This document shows positions 44,985 to 54,401 of a stretch of 64,000 nucleotides of DNA, piece by piece (the first letter of the stretch is position 1; each line of letters opens with the position of its first letter). Origin of the DNA: a virus (lineage: Duplodnaviria > Caudoviricetes); IMG/VR virus record IMGVR_UViG_3300023218_000040, positions 1-64,000 of that record; one strand, 5' to 3'. The position numbers and the translations under genes are program-made. The notes beneath the pieces were generated by a model. It did not search any database. It had not been told where the DNA came from and worked only from the letters and a program-made list of their open reading frames with translations.

Positions 44985-47270
44985 ATGGCATCGAAGGTTC
45001 TTCTTCCACAGACTGGCAATGCCGCTCCCGCTCCTGGTGGTACTGGTGCGATTACTTCGTTCCCAGGTTCTCAGAGTGTTCGCATCATTCAGGTGAACCC
45101 AGGTCCGAATTCCGGTCCAGTTACTGCTACTTTGGAGGTTAAGGGAAGCAACAAGCCAGCCCCTGGCGCTACTGATTTTCAGACGCTAGCCACTATCGAT
45201 CTAACTGGTCATCAGCCCGGTTCGAATGGTAGTTTCACTTTGTACATTCGTGATTCTTCCACGAGCGTTCAGGTTGTTGCCACTGCATTCACTGCTGGTC
45301 AGGTTGCAGTATTCGGTGACGGCAACGACGCAGCCAAGCTAGCTGGTAGCTCTGGTACTACTTTGTCTCAGGCAACTGCTGTTGTTACTTCGCAGCTAAA
45401 CGTGACCGTTGTTGGTCAGAATGTACATATCGCCGCTCCGGTCGTTCCATCGATCACTTCCGACGACGTGACCTATGCTCTGAACTTTAATGAGACCGTT
45501 ACTGACGTTCTTGATCGTCTAGACAGCTTCAACGAGACCATCACTGCTGCCGGTGTTGTAGAAGCTGACGTAAGCCTGCTTGCCGGTAAGGCTGCATATG
45601 GTCTAACCATGGCTGACCTCTGCAAGCTAGCAGATGTTGATGCATCAGCCACTGAACTTAATCAATCTGTCGGTTTGACTGGAAACATTCAGACCCAGCT
45701 TGACGCTATTACTGGTGGCTTCGCCATTGGTCCTGGCGTTGATATCACCGGTCTGGTTGTTGCTGCCGCTGACATCAATACACTGTTTGACGTAAGTCCA
45801 ACAGTCACGATGACTCAACTAAACAACTTTCTGACTGGTTTGGTTGCCACCGCTGGTGACTTGAACTCTTTGGCAGGAACTGCTGGTGACGTAACCGCTG
45901 TTGACTTTGTGAAGCTAGGCAACATTACCGCTTCGGCTGCTGAAATCAACGTTTTGAACGGATTGCTAACAACTGCTTCTGAATTGAATGTTCTGGCTGG
46001 TTCTGGTATCGTTTCTGGCGATATCGCCGCAATCGTTGGCCTCGGAGCAACTGGTGTAACGGCTACAGAGTTCGCTTTCCTTTCCGGTCTATCCGAGAAC
46101 GTACAGGCTGCTTTGAATACAATTACTCCGCTTCCAGGTCTTACCTCTTCGGTTAACGATCTGAACCTGTTGACTGGTGCCTTCGCTGGTACTGGTGCAT
46201 ACTCTGGCGGTGCTATCACTGCTGCCGAGATTTCTCGACTGGACGGTATTACCTCCAATATTCAGGCCCAGATTGACAGTAAGCGTAATGTTGCTGACAC
46301 CATCGGTATTTCTGAGATTACGGGTGCCTCTATTACCACTACGGAGCTTAACTTCCTTCAGGGTGCTACCTCGAATATCCAGGCTCAGATCGATGCAATT
46401 GGAACTGGTTTCCTATCGTTGACTGGTGGAGACATGACCGGACCTCTGTGTCTTGCTGATGGTTCTGTTGGTTCGCCTTCACTGTGCTTCACCAACGACC
46501 CAGGCAATGATACCGGTATCTTCCGTACTGCTCCTGGGTTTGCTTTCACCGTTGATGCTGCACAGGTTGCTCGTTATGACGGAGTTTCCCTAACGTTGGG
46601 TACTGCCGCTGTAACTGCTGAGCCTTTGATCCGCCACAGCGGTTTTGGTTTAACCAATCCGCAATACAGCTTCGTTGGTGACGACGATACGGGTGTAACT
46701 CGTACCGGTGCTGACCGTATTGTTCTTGCTGCTGGTGGTGTGGCTCAGGTTGACGCTGACGGTGTTGCTAATCAGTTGACCCTTGGTGGTCCTACTGCTT
46801 TCAACAACGATGTTGTGGTCTCTGGTCTCTTTGGTGGTATCAAGGAGCTTGGTCGAGCAACCGTTGATGGTTCTTCTGTAGCTAACACGGCCTTGTACAC
46901 GGTACCTGCCGGACGTACAGCAATTGTTACCGCTATCCTAGTACGTCTGTCCAACGCCGTAGTTGGTGGTGGTAGCTATACCGGTAGCGATAACACCATG
47001 CGTATGAACATCGGTTTCAGTCCTCCATACGGTCAGATCGTTGACAACATCAACAACACAACAATCTTCAATCCGTCTTATGGCTTCGACACTAATATGC
47101 AGGTTATGCCGCTGGGTTGGGGTGACAACGTGTTCCCTGCCGTTTCGGGTTCTGCTGGTAAAGACTATCAGGCTCTGGCATCAGGCGCTGTTCTTACCGC
47201 TAGCGTCTCGGTTGGTGCCAACTTCGACTCGTTCGACATGGACCTCATTGTGCTGGGTTACGAACTGTAA
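44985..47270 (+). CDS. Fibre-like structural protein, paralogous to 4830-7187
   Basis: 761 aa; AAE(I/L)N.L.G.T.NIQ.Q repeats; shared C-terminal domain (LYTVP...IVLGYEL vs LFTVP...IVLGIEL); CTAAATACTGG at 44916. Confidence 0.8.
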   Translation: MASKVLLPQTGNAAPAPGGTGAITSFPGSQSVRIIQVNPGPNSGPVTATLEVKGSNKPAPGATDFQTLATIDLTGHQPGSNGSFTLYIRDSSTSVQVVATAFTAGQVAVFGDGNDAAKLAGSSGTTLSQATAVVTSQLNVTVVGQNVHIAAPVVPSITSDDVTYALNFNETVTDVLDRLDSFNETITAAGVVEADVSLLAGKAAYGLTMADLCKLADVDASATELNQSVGLTGNIQTQLDAITGGFAIGPGVDITGLVVAAADINTLFDVSPTVTMTQLNNFLTGLVATAGDLNSLAGTAGDVTAVDFVKLGNITASAAEINVLNGLLTTASELNVLAGSGIVSGDIAAIVGLGATGVTATEFAFLSGLSENVQAALNTITPLPGLTSSVNDLNLLTGAFAGTGAYSGGAITAAEISRLDGITSNIQAQIDSKRNVADTIGISEITGASITTTELNFLQGATSNIQAQIDAIGTGFLSLTGGDMTGPLCLADGSVGSPSLCFTNDPGNDTGIFRTAPGFAFTVDAAQVARYDGVSLTLGTAAVTAEPLIRHSGFGLTNPQYSFVGDDDTGVTRTGADRIVLAAGGVAQVDADGVANQLTLGGPTAFNNDVVVSGLFGGIKELGRATVDGSSVANTALYTVPAGRTAIVTAILVRLSNAVVGGGSYTGSDNTMRMNIGFSPPYGQIVDNINNTTIFNPSYGFDTNMQVMPLGWGDNVFPAVSGSAGKDYQALASGAVLTASVSVGANFDSFDMDLIVLGYEL

Positions 47271-47288
47271 TATGACACTTGCCTTGTC

Positions 47289-47317
47289 AGAAAAGGGGGC
47301 TTTGAGCCCCCTTTTCT
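47289..47317 (+). terminator. Intrinsic terminator
   Basis: AGAAAAGGGGGC-tttga-GCCCCCTTTTCT. Confidence 0.85.
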
Positions 47318-47340
47318 TTGGGGTTATGTTGAGGCGCATT

Positions 47341-47372
47341 AGCCTGTCATTACGGGAGCCTGTCATTTCGGG
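47341..47372 (+). repeat. 16-bp tandem direct repeat abutting a late promoter
   Basis: AGCCTGTCATTACGGG AGCCTGTCATTTCGGG followed directly by TAAATA. Confidence 0.85.
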
Positions 47373-47408
47373 TAAATAATATCAAGCGCTTTATTATGGA
47401 AACCTACC

Positions 47409-50400
47409 ATGGCGGACAACCAACAGCAATTTTGGCTTTTTGAAGTATTCGGAACAGATCCTGAACAAATCGGGTTCTTTGGTAATGCTGGCATTATCAT
47501 ACCACGTGGTACCACCGCAGAACGTCCCTCTTCTCCGGTTGATGGTCACATCAGACTTAACACTGATTCCGTTCAATTTGAGGCATTCTTTGATGGAATT
47601 TGGCAATCTCTCGGATCTGGTGGCAGTGGTGGCACGTTTATCGGACAAACCGATACTCCAGGGACATACGTCGGTCAGGGAAATAAGGTTCTACGTGTAA
47701 ACAGTGGCGCTACTGATGTAGAATTCTCTCCTGTTCAAGTTTTGAACTCTGGTGCAATCAGCGTTGCTGGTATCACCAACTATGAGAATTTGGTTACGGG
47801 TGATGATGTTATCCCTAACCGCAAATATGTACAAGACCAGGATGCTCTACGCCTAGCATTGACTGGTGGTACCGTAACCGGTAACATCACCATGTCTGGT
47901 GCTACCGTTACTGGTCTTCCAACCACTCCCGTTGGTTCAACAGATGCCGCATCCAAGGCATACGTTGATAGCATTTCTGCTGGTCTAGATCCAAAAGAGT
48001 CTGTCCGACTAGCTACCACTAGTGCTATCACTCTATCTGGTAACCAGTCCATTGACGGTTTCCTAACCGTAGATGGTGATCGAATTCTGGTCAAGAACCA
48101 AGGCTCTGCTGCTGATAACGGCATTTACATTGCTAACGCTGGGGCATGGACCCGTTCTACAGACCAGGACGGAACCCCAGCCAACGAAGCTTCTGGTGGT
48201 AATTTTACCTTCGTTGAAGAAGGTACTGCGAACGCAGGCACTGGTTGGGTAGTTGTTTGGGATGGACTGATTAACGTTGGCGTTGATCCAATGAACTGGA
48301 CTCAGTTCTCTGGCGGTGGTGGTGCATTTCTACCTCTGGCTGGTGGAACTATGTCTGGTTCTATCGTTATGGGTGCTCCTGGCGTTCAGTTCATTGGTGA
48401 TGTATCTGGCGCTCCTGGTACTCCTCCGTTCACATTTGCCGGTGATACCCTAACTGGCATTCATCAATTAGGTGTCCCTGGTACTATCAATTTTGTTTCC
48501 GGTGGTGCCGCCAACTGGTCTATCGCACCGGCCCCTGGCGCATTTCTACCAGCAACAACACTAACCCACGACATTGGTTCTATGGGATTGAAGATTGCCA
48601 ACTTCTATGGTGATCATCATTTAATGAATTTTGGTGCTGCTGGTGACCCATCATACTCTTTTGAGGGCGATACAAACACTGGTATGTACAACGGCGGTGG
48701 TGACATTCTTAACTTCGCCACGGCTGGTACGTTACGCTTCATTATTGAAGCGGACGGAACCCTATCTGTCCCTCCGGGTACCTATGAGAATCTAGTCACT
48801 AATGACGATGTTATACCTAATAAGAAGTTTGTCGATGACGCAATAGCTGCTGTCGCAACTTATGTTACCGTTGCTGGTGATTCTGGTTCTGCTACTGCTT
48901 CAACTCAGGGCGAAACAGTTAGTCTCATCGGAGCAACTTCGGGTGGTATCACGACCGTTGGTAGTGACGGACCAGATCAGGTAACCTTCGGTATCACACC
49001 AATTGATTTGGTAACTGGTGGTGCAACTCTGGCTACTGGCGATTTCATTATTGTCAGTGACGCTGCGGATGGTGTAACCACGCTTGCCCAAAAGTATACC
49101 TTTGGTGACGTAATCACCGATCTCGGACTTAGCACGCAAACATTAACTGCAAGTGAGGGTGTGCAGCTAGTAGCCGATGACATTCAGCTTGACATTAACG
49201 GACTGGGTGATCTTGTAGCATTTGGTACATTTCCGGTTAGTCCTTCACCGGGTACCATCACTGTTGCACTAGAGGATATAAGTGCAGCCACATCTGGTCA
49301 TGCCAAGTTGACCGTCGCAGAACTTCTTTTTCGTTCTATCAAACCTGTAGCCGATAGTGGTATTGCTATCAGTGGTCAAACAATTGGTGGTATTAATGAT
49401 GTTCTTGGTGTTGAGTTAGATTTAACGACCATCATTACCGCCGATGATACGCTGGAAACAAATGATTTCTTTGCGTATCAAGATGTCAGTGCTGGTAATC
49501 TACGAACTGCCACGTTTGGTAACTTGTTTGAAAATCTTGATGTTCCACACGGCATTACATCTAATGGATTTGTAGTACGCACAGCCGATGACACTTACGC
49601 ATCACGTTCGATTGTAGTAAGTGGTCCTGGTAACGAAGATGGTCTATCTATCACGGACGGTGATGGTGTTTCTGGTAACCCAACAATTGGTTTGGATATT
49701 GTTGGAAACGCATTGGCTGGTGAAGATGTTGCTACAGGTGACCTCTTCCTGTTGTACAACGCTTCGTCTTCAGCTAACGAAGCATTCACTCTGGCCGAAG
49801 TTGCTGCTGGTATTTCTACCGAACTGACAATTAACAATACGTTGTTGGTTGATGATGACCTCGATACGAGGATTCAAGTAGAAGAAGGTACTGATGATGA
49901 TACCATCCGCTTCGATGTTGGCGATAGTCCTGCCGGATATGGCGCTGTTCAAGATATCCTAACTCTATCCTCTGCCGGTTTCAACCTAAGCATGGGCACG
50001 GCGGATTCTGGAACTAATGGTGCCCCAATCGAACTGACTGCTGGTACTGGTGGTGCTGGTGGTGTTGGTGGTCTTTTTAGACTCATTGCTGGTAGTGGTG
50101 ACTTTGTTGGTGGTAATACCGGTGGTACCATGGAAGTATCTGGTGGTACTTCCCCTGGTGGTGGTACCGGTGGTAATGCAAGTCTAAGTGGTGGCCCATC
50201 TCTAGGCGTTGGTATTGGTGTTGGTGGTAATGCAACTGTTGCAGGTGGTACCAGTGCCAACGGAACTGGTGGTGAAGTTAGTATCATTAGCGGAATTGGT
50301 AATAATAGTGGTAGCGTAAACATCAGTACACCAAACGCAGTAAATGGTACGTCGGGTGCCATCTCGATTACTACTGGCGATTCTGTTGGCGCTGGTAACG

Positions 50401-51341
50401 ATGCTGGTGACATCACAATCGCAGCCGGTGATGGAAACCCCGGTGGAGAAAATAATGGTGAAGGTGGTGATGTACTGATCTCTGCCGGTAACTCTGATTT
50501 CGCAGATGCCGGTGGTATCATCACACTAACCGCTGGAACGGGGGGTTCTACTGGAGATGGTGGAGGAATCACTATTACTGCTGGTAATGGTGGTTCCACT
50601 TCCGGCGATGGGGCAGATATTAATCTAAACGCTGGTAATGCAGACGGTTCTGGTTCTGGCGGTGATGTTAACATCAACGCTGGTGCCGGTGCATCCCCTG
50701 GTGGTGCTATCAACCTAACCGCTGGTAATTCTACCTCTACGGATATTGGTGGACCTGTAAACATCACGGCTGGTAATGGTGGTCCAAATGATGGTAATGG
50801 CGGCGTAGTTGTAATCACTGCCGGTGACGGTGGCGCAACAAATTCTAATGGTGGTGATATCGAACTTCGTCCGGGTTCTCTAGCAGGAACTGGAATGAAC
50901 GGTGTGGTTCGGGTCATTGGACCAGCTATTGGTTCTGCTGGTGCCATTCGTCTTGAGGACAATACTGGTGGTCAATTTGTTAGTATTGAAGCCCCAGCTA
51001 CGGTCCCAACAAGCCATTCATTGATTCTTCCTGCGGCTCCTGCCAGTGTAACTAATGCTCCACTGGTATCTGATACCAGTGGTAACTTGAGCTTTGGTTC
51101 CTCGGCAGTTGGTACGGTTCGTAAGTTTGCTCAGGACAACGCTACAACATCAACATCCGAACAGTTTACTCACAGCCTGGGAACGACGGATGTTATCGTT
51201 CAGGTATACGACCTAACAACTTCTCCAGCCACTCAGTTTGTCCCAGGTGATATTGAAATCGATGATGCCAATAACGTGACAATTACCGTGGCAATAGCCC
51301 CGGGTGGTGCAGGCGAATACCGTGTCGTGATCACTGGATAA
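47409..51341 (+). CDS. Large tail fibre/adhesin-like protein with a Gly-rich repeat region
   Basis: 1310 aa; N-terminal IPRGTTAERP...G.IR.NT; LDPKESVR.ATT module; (I/V).I.AG.GG repeats around 49990-50940; C-terminal HSLGT.DV.VQVYD. Confidence 0.85.
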   Translation: MADNQQQFWLFEVFGTDPEQIGFFGNAGIIIPRGTTAERPSSPVDGHIRLNTDSVQFEAFFDGIWQSLGSGGSGGTFIGQTDTPGTYVGQGNKVLRVNSGATDVEFSPVQVLNSGAISVAGITNYENLVTGDDVIPNRKYVQDQDALRLALTGGTVTGNITMSGATVTGLPTTPVGSTDAASKAYVDSISAGLDPKESVRLATTSAITLSGNQSIDGFLTVDGDRILVKNQGSAADNGIYIANAGAWTRSTDQDGTPANEASGGNFTFVEEGTANAGTGWVVVWDGLINVGVDPMNWTQFSGGGGAFLPLAGGTMSGSIVMGAPGVQFIGDVSGAPGTPPFTFAGDTLTGIHQLGVPGTINFVSGGAANWSIAPAPGAFLPATTLTHDIGSMGLKIANFYGDHHLMNFGAAGDPSYSFEGDTNTGMYNGGGDILNFATAGTLRFIIEADGTLSVPPGTYENLVTNDDVIPNKKFVDDAIAAVATYVTVAGDSGSATASTQGETVSLIGATSGGITTVGSDGPDQVTFGITPIDLVTGGATLATGDFIIVSDAADGVTTLAQKYTFGDVITDLGLSTQTLTASEGVQLVADDIQLDINGLGDLVAFGTFPVSPSPGTITVALEDISAATSGHAKLTVAELLFRSIKPVADSGIAISGQTIGGINDVLGVELDLTTIITADDTLETNDFFAYQDVSAGNLRTATFGNLFENLDVPHGITSNGFVVRTADDTYASRSIVVSGPGNEDGLSITDGDGVSGNPTIGLDIVGNALAGEDVATGDLFLLYNASSSANEAFTLAEVAAGISTELTINNTLLVDDDLDTRIQVEEGTDDDTIRFDVGDSPAGYGAVQDILTLSSAGFNLSMGTADSGTNGAPIELTAGTGGAGGVGGLFRLIAGSGDFVGGNTGGTMEVSGGTSPGGGTGGNASLSGGPSLGVGIGVGGNATVAGGTSANGTGGEVSIISGIGNNSGSVNISTPNAVNGTSGAISITTGDSVGAGNDAGDITIAAGDGNPGGENNGEGGDVLISAGNSDFADAGGIITLTAGTGGSTGDGGGITITAGNGGSTSGDGADINLNAGNADGSGSGGDVNINAGAGASPGGAINLTAGNSTSTDIGGPVNITAGNGGPNDGNGGVVVITAGDGGATNSNGGDIELRPGSLAGTGMNGVVRVIGPAIGSAGAIRLEDNTGGQFVSIEAPATVPTSHSLILPAAPASVTNAPLVSDTSGNLSFGSSAVGTVRKFAQDNATTSTSEQFTHSLGTTDVIVQVYDLTTSPATQFVPGDIEIDDANNVTITVAIAPGGAGEYRVVITG

Positions 51342-51458
51342 TAACAATGAGAATCGAAATCGATCTCACTATCGATGGAACTCAAATGGTGGTGGAACCT
51401 ATCACTTGATCCAAAACATTTCGTCCCTATGTTTCTTCACAAACGTCTGGGTGGACAC

Positions 51459-51543
51459 ATGAAGATCTTCAGCATCGATTTATCTAAAACCGGATCAAAC
51501 TCGCTTGTTTGATGCTCTCATAGTTTTGGGATATGACCTATGA
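51459..51543 (+). pseudogene. Remnant of a sulfotransferase-like gene (PAPS-binding N-terminus only)
   Basis: MKIFSIDLSKTGSNSL plus, after a one-base shift, FDALIVLGYDL*, resembling KIFxIGLSKTGTxSLxxAL.ILGY. The stop overlaps the Stealth ATG (ATGA). Confidence 0.55.
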
Positions 51544-52346
51544 GTAATGTTACAACAACACAGAAAGAAGAAGTCGATGTGGTCATTCCTTGGGTGAATG
51601 ACAAAGAAGACTGGCAGAGCCTTCGCTATGTCATTCGTTCCGTTGAAAAGAACTTTATCGATATGCGCAACCTATGGATTGTTGGGGATAAGCCAGATTT
51701 TCTGGATCCAAACACCTATAACTACATCCCTAATCCGTCGAAAGACAGTAATGATCTTTTGGTTAGGAATAGACATTTCTGCAACTCGATGTATTTGGCT
51801 GCAATTTGCCCCGAGGTATCTCCAACGTTTTTGTATATGGCCGATAACCATTACCTCGCAACCCCCAGAACTGCCAAGGATTTCCGAACTACAATCTTAG
51901 TGCGAGAAAATATGGCTGAATATTCTCAGATCGAAAGGAAAACCGCCAACACATCATGGCAACTCATGATTTGGGACACGATAGATCGCCTGCTAGATCA
52001 TGGGTTATCAGGGTGGAACTATGAGACACACACCCCTAAACTAGTCAACAAAGACAAGCTTCTTGACTGTCTCGTTTTCTTTGGCATCGGAGATGGCAAA
52101 CTTATCTGGCAAACAGCTTACTTCAACATGTTTCTTACACCAACAACCCGGGGACATCTATCCGAGTCTACCAAGTTGAAAGCTGGGTTCTACGAGAAGT
52201 GCACTGCTGACGAAATTGCGGCCAAGTGTATGGATGCCATCTACATTAATCACAATGACCTTGGTTTGAGTGACGAATTGAAGGCATATTTGGAAGCCTA
52301 CTTTTCAACGCCATCAAAATACGAAAATACTGAGCCCTCGGAGTAA
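51540..52346 (+). CDS. Stealth-family (hexose-1-phosphate transferase-like) protein
   Basis: DVVIPWVN (CR1-like), LRYVIRSVEKN...NLWIVG..P.FL and FLYMADN (CR2-like), ETHTP (CR3-like). Confidence 0.75.
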   Translation: MSNVTTTQKEEVDVVIPWVNDKEDWQSLRYVIRSVEKNFIDMRNLWIVGDKPDFLDPNTYNYIPNPSKDSNDLLVRNRHFCNSMYLAAICPEVSPTFLYMADNHYLATPRTAKDFRTTILVRENMAEYSQIERKTANTSWQLMIWDTIDRLLDHGLSGWNYETHTPKLVNKDKLLDCLVFFGIGDGKLIWQTAYFNMFLTPTTRGHLSESTKLKAGFYEKCTADEIAAKCMDAIYINHNDLGLSDELKAYLEAYFSTPSKYENTEPSE

Positions 52347-52396
52347 GGTACTACCAGTAAATACTGGTATCCACAAGCGTTTCAGGAAAGCAATAG

Positions 52397-53071
52397 ATGG
52401 CTGATACTCCAAAAAATAATCATTGGCAACGAGTTGTCCTCTCGCCAACAGGCGTTACTCCTGGAACATATGACCGAGCCAAGGTAACTGTCAACGATGA
52501 AGGCCGAATTGTCAACATCTCCAGCAACGCTGCGTCTTCCGCAGCCGTTGTTGGCACAATCGGTGATCTACCAACAGTATCAGGCGGAACTCCAGCAAAC
52601 GGAGAGATAGCGGTTGTCCTAAATGATGGTTCTGGAAACGAACAGATCTACGTCAACAACAGCTCGAATGTAGACCTTGGTGCTCCTCTTAATCGTTGGC
52701 GTTTGGTTGCCTCCACGGACGTTGTAACACCGCCGTTCGACTTTCGCCAATCGGCCATTGGAACTGCTGCCAACCAAACAATCTCGTTTCCAATCCAGGA
52801 CACCGGTATCATCAAGGAGATTGCTGTAGTAATAACCACTTCTTACAGTGGTGGTGCAACGATTTCTATTCAAGATAATGCTGGTTTTGTCTACATGCAA
52901 ACATCGGAAATCAACCCACAATTGGAAGGCATCTACAAGACTGACCTATCCGGTAACCTAGCAGACATCCAGACTAATAGCGCCCCAGGCGAGGGTCAGA
53001 TGCGTGCCATCGTGGGTGGAGCCCCAAGCGTAGGCGCAGGAGTAGTCTTCATCACCTTCGTTCAGCCGTAA
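52397..53071 (+). CDS. Putative fibre-associated structural protein
   Basis: GVTPGTY..VTV..EGRI fibre motif; GTAAATACTGG at 52357. Confidence 0.7.
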   Translation: MADTPKNNHWQRVVLSPTGVTPGTYDRAKVTVNDEGRIVNISSNAASSAAVVGTIGDLPTVSGGTPANGEIAVVLNDGSGNEQIYVNNSSNVDLGAPLNRWRLVASTDVVTPPFDFRQSAIGTAANQTISFPIQDTGIIKEIAVVITTSYSGGATISIQDNAGFVYMQTSEINPQLEGIYKTDLSGNLADIQTNSAPGEGQMRAIVGGAPSVGAGVVFITFVQP

Positions 53072-53451
53072 CGGTCTGCAAGCCTCTCTACAAGCTCTCT
53101 GATGTATTGGAAGGTCTTCGGTGCCTTGTGGGCTAGGTCTGCTAATCCAGAACCCAAGGGAGCCACAGGGAAGACCACAATGCCCCCAGCGAACAGGTGC
53201 TGAATCACCGGTTCCATGTCCTCATTAATCCATTCTTTATTTCTCTCAAGTTGGTCATCGGACAGGAATGCAAATCGGTCCTTGGTAGGAGTCCTCTTCG
53301 TCCTCACGCCCACTGCATTGGATTTGCCACGGCAGACCATAGCCAACCCTCCACGTCCTCTACGCAGGTTATTATCACCAAACACGTAGAGAACGCTTGG
53401 ATTCATATCAAGGTCAGCTTCCTCGATACGAGACTGAAAGATAACAGGCAT
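53062..53451 (-). CDS. Macrodomain-like phage protein (VFGDN...G.GG...NA.G)
   Basis: LYVFGDNN..RGRGG.A...RG..NAVG.RTK and P..LGSGLA; TAATG-coupled to the nucleotidyltransferase gene. Confidence 0.6.
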   Translation of the reverse strand: MPVIFQSRIEEADLDMNPSVLYVFGDNNLRRGRGGLAMVCRGKSNAVGVRTKRTPTKDRFAFLSDDQLERNKEWINEDMEPVIQHLFAGGIVVFPVAPLGSGLADLAHKAPKTFQYIRELVERLADRYG

Positions 53452-54335
53452 TAGTATATTTCACTCTTGATGAGCCGCATGATGTCGATATCCACTTGAT
53501 CGTTCAGATCATTCCACTCAGGCGTACCTTTGTGATCATGATCCAACACTGCATCAGAAAATTTGAAATTGCTACCGTCCTCAAATGACTTGAACATCAT
53601 TCTTTTGGCACAGGCGTGCAGTTCTTCATAACTCTTGTTGTAGAGTTCAAAGTCAACTTCTCCACGCTTGATCTTCAGCACCACTTCGGCAGCAAATCCA
53701 GTCGCAGCAAGAGGCATTTCCTCACCATCCAGAAGGTCGATGATGAACGTTAGAAGCCGATAGGCGTGCGATGCGCTCTTCCAGTTTATCGGTTCGTCCG
53801 GAGTACCGTACATTGCACGCTTATTCATCTGCTCAGCCGTAAAAAACGTAGCAAGTACGGTATCCCCGACATTCATCTTGACCAAGGTGCGAAGCATGTC
53901 CATCACCGAATAGACTTTGGGGTTCACGCACGTTGCCAACGAGAACAAAGGCTCGAAAAAGTTGATGTTGCCCTTCAGCGCATGCTTACGGTAGTTCTGC
54001 ATCGGATGAAGCTCGCAATCGAGCTTGTCCGTAACAAGACTAAAACGCTGGTTGCGACCGAAATACAGGTCTTCGAATGAGGGCAGGTAAACTGCCTTCA
54101 TGTCGATATCGGAATCCTCGGTCACGCACCTATAGTTCAGAGAACCAACCGCAGCCACAAACGCAACCTGACGGCCCACGTAGTGCTCCTCGTAGGCTTT
54201 CAGGTGAGGGGCCAGGGAACTGTAAACGCCATAGGCATCAGACAGCAAGGGAACCGACTCAGGCTCCTTAAGAGTGTCATACACTAAGCCCACAGTTCTC
54301 TGTGCCTCATTCAGCTTTTTTTCGAACAGGTCCAT
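53451..54335 (-). CDS. Pol-beta-superfamily nucleotidyltransferase (RlaP/NrdC.11-like)
   Basis: VGSLNY...EDSDID.K.VY.P, N.NFFE.LF, K.ASHAYRLL, LKIKRGE. Start MDLFEKK. Confidence 0.85.
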   Translation of the reverse strand: MDLFEKKLNEAQRTVGLVYDTLKEPESVPLLSDAYGVYSSLAPHLKAYEEHYVGRQVAFVAAVGSLNYRCVTEDSDIDMKAVYLPSFEDLYFGRNQRFSLVTDKLDCELHPMQNYRKHALKGNINFFEPLFSLATCVNPKVYSVMDMLRTLVKMNVGDTVLATFFTAEQMNKRAMYGTPDEPINWKSASHAYRLLTFIIDLLDGEEMPLAATGFAAEVVLKIKRGEVDFELYNKSYEELHACAKRMMFKSFEDGSNFKFSDAVLDHDHKGTPEWNDLNDQVDIDIMRLIKSEIY

Positions 54336-54349
54336 CGTACATCTCTGGG

Positions 54350-54397
54350 TTGACAAATCTTCCTGAGTAATATACACTATGGACTTTACCGAGTCAA
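54350..54397. promoter_or_regulatory. Overlapping divergent sigma70 promoters for the RNA ligase and nucleotidyltransferase genes
   Basis: Plus strand TTGACA-17-TACACT (54350-54378); minus strand TTGACT-17-TATATT (54397-54369). Confidence 0.75.
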
Positions 54398-54401
54398 GGC
54401 A

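Noticed and set aside
49949-50962. 337-aa Pro-rich minus-strand ORF
   Set aside because: Antisense consequence of GGT/GGC codon runs in the Gly-rich fibre gene.
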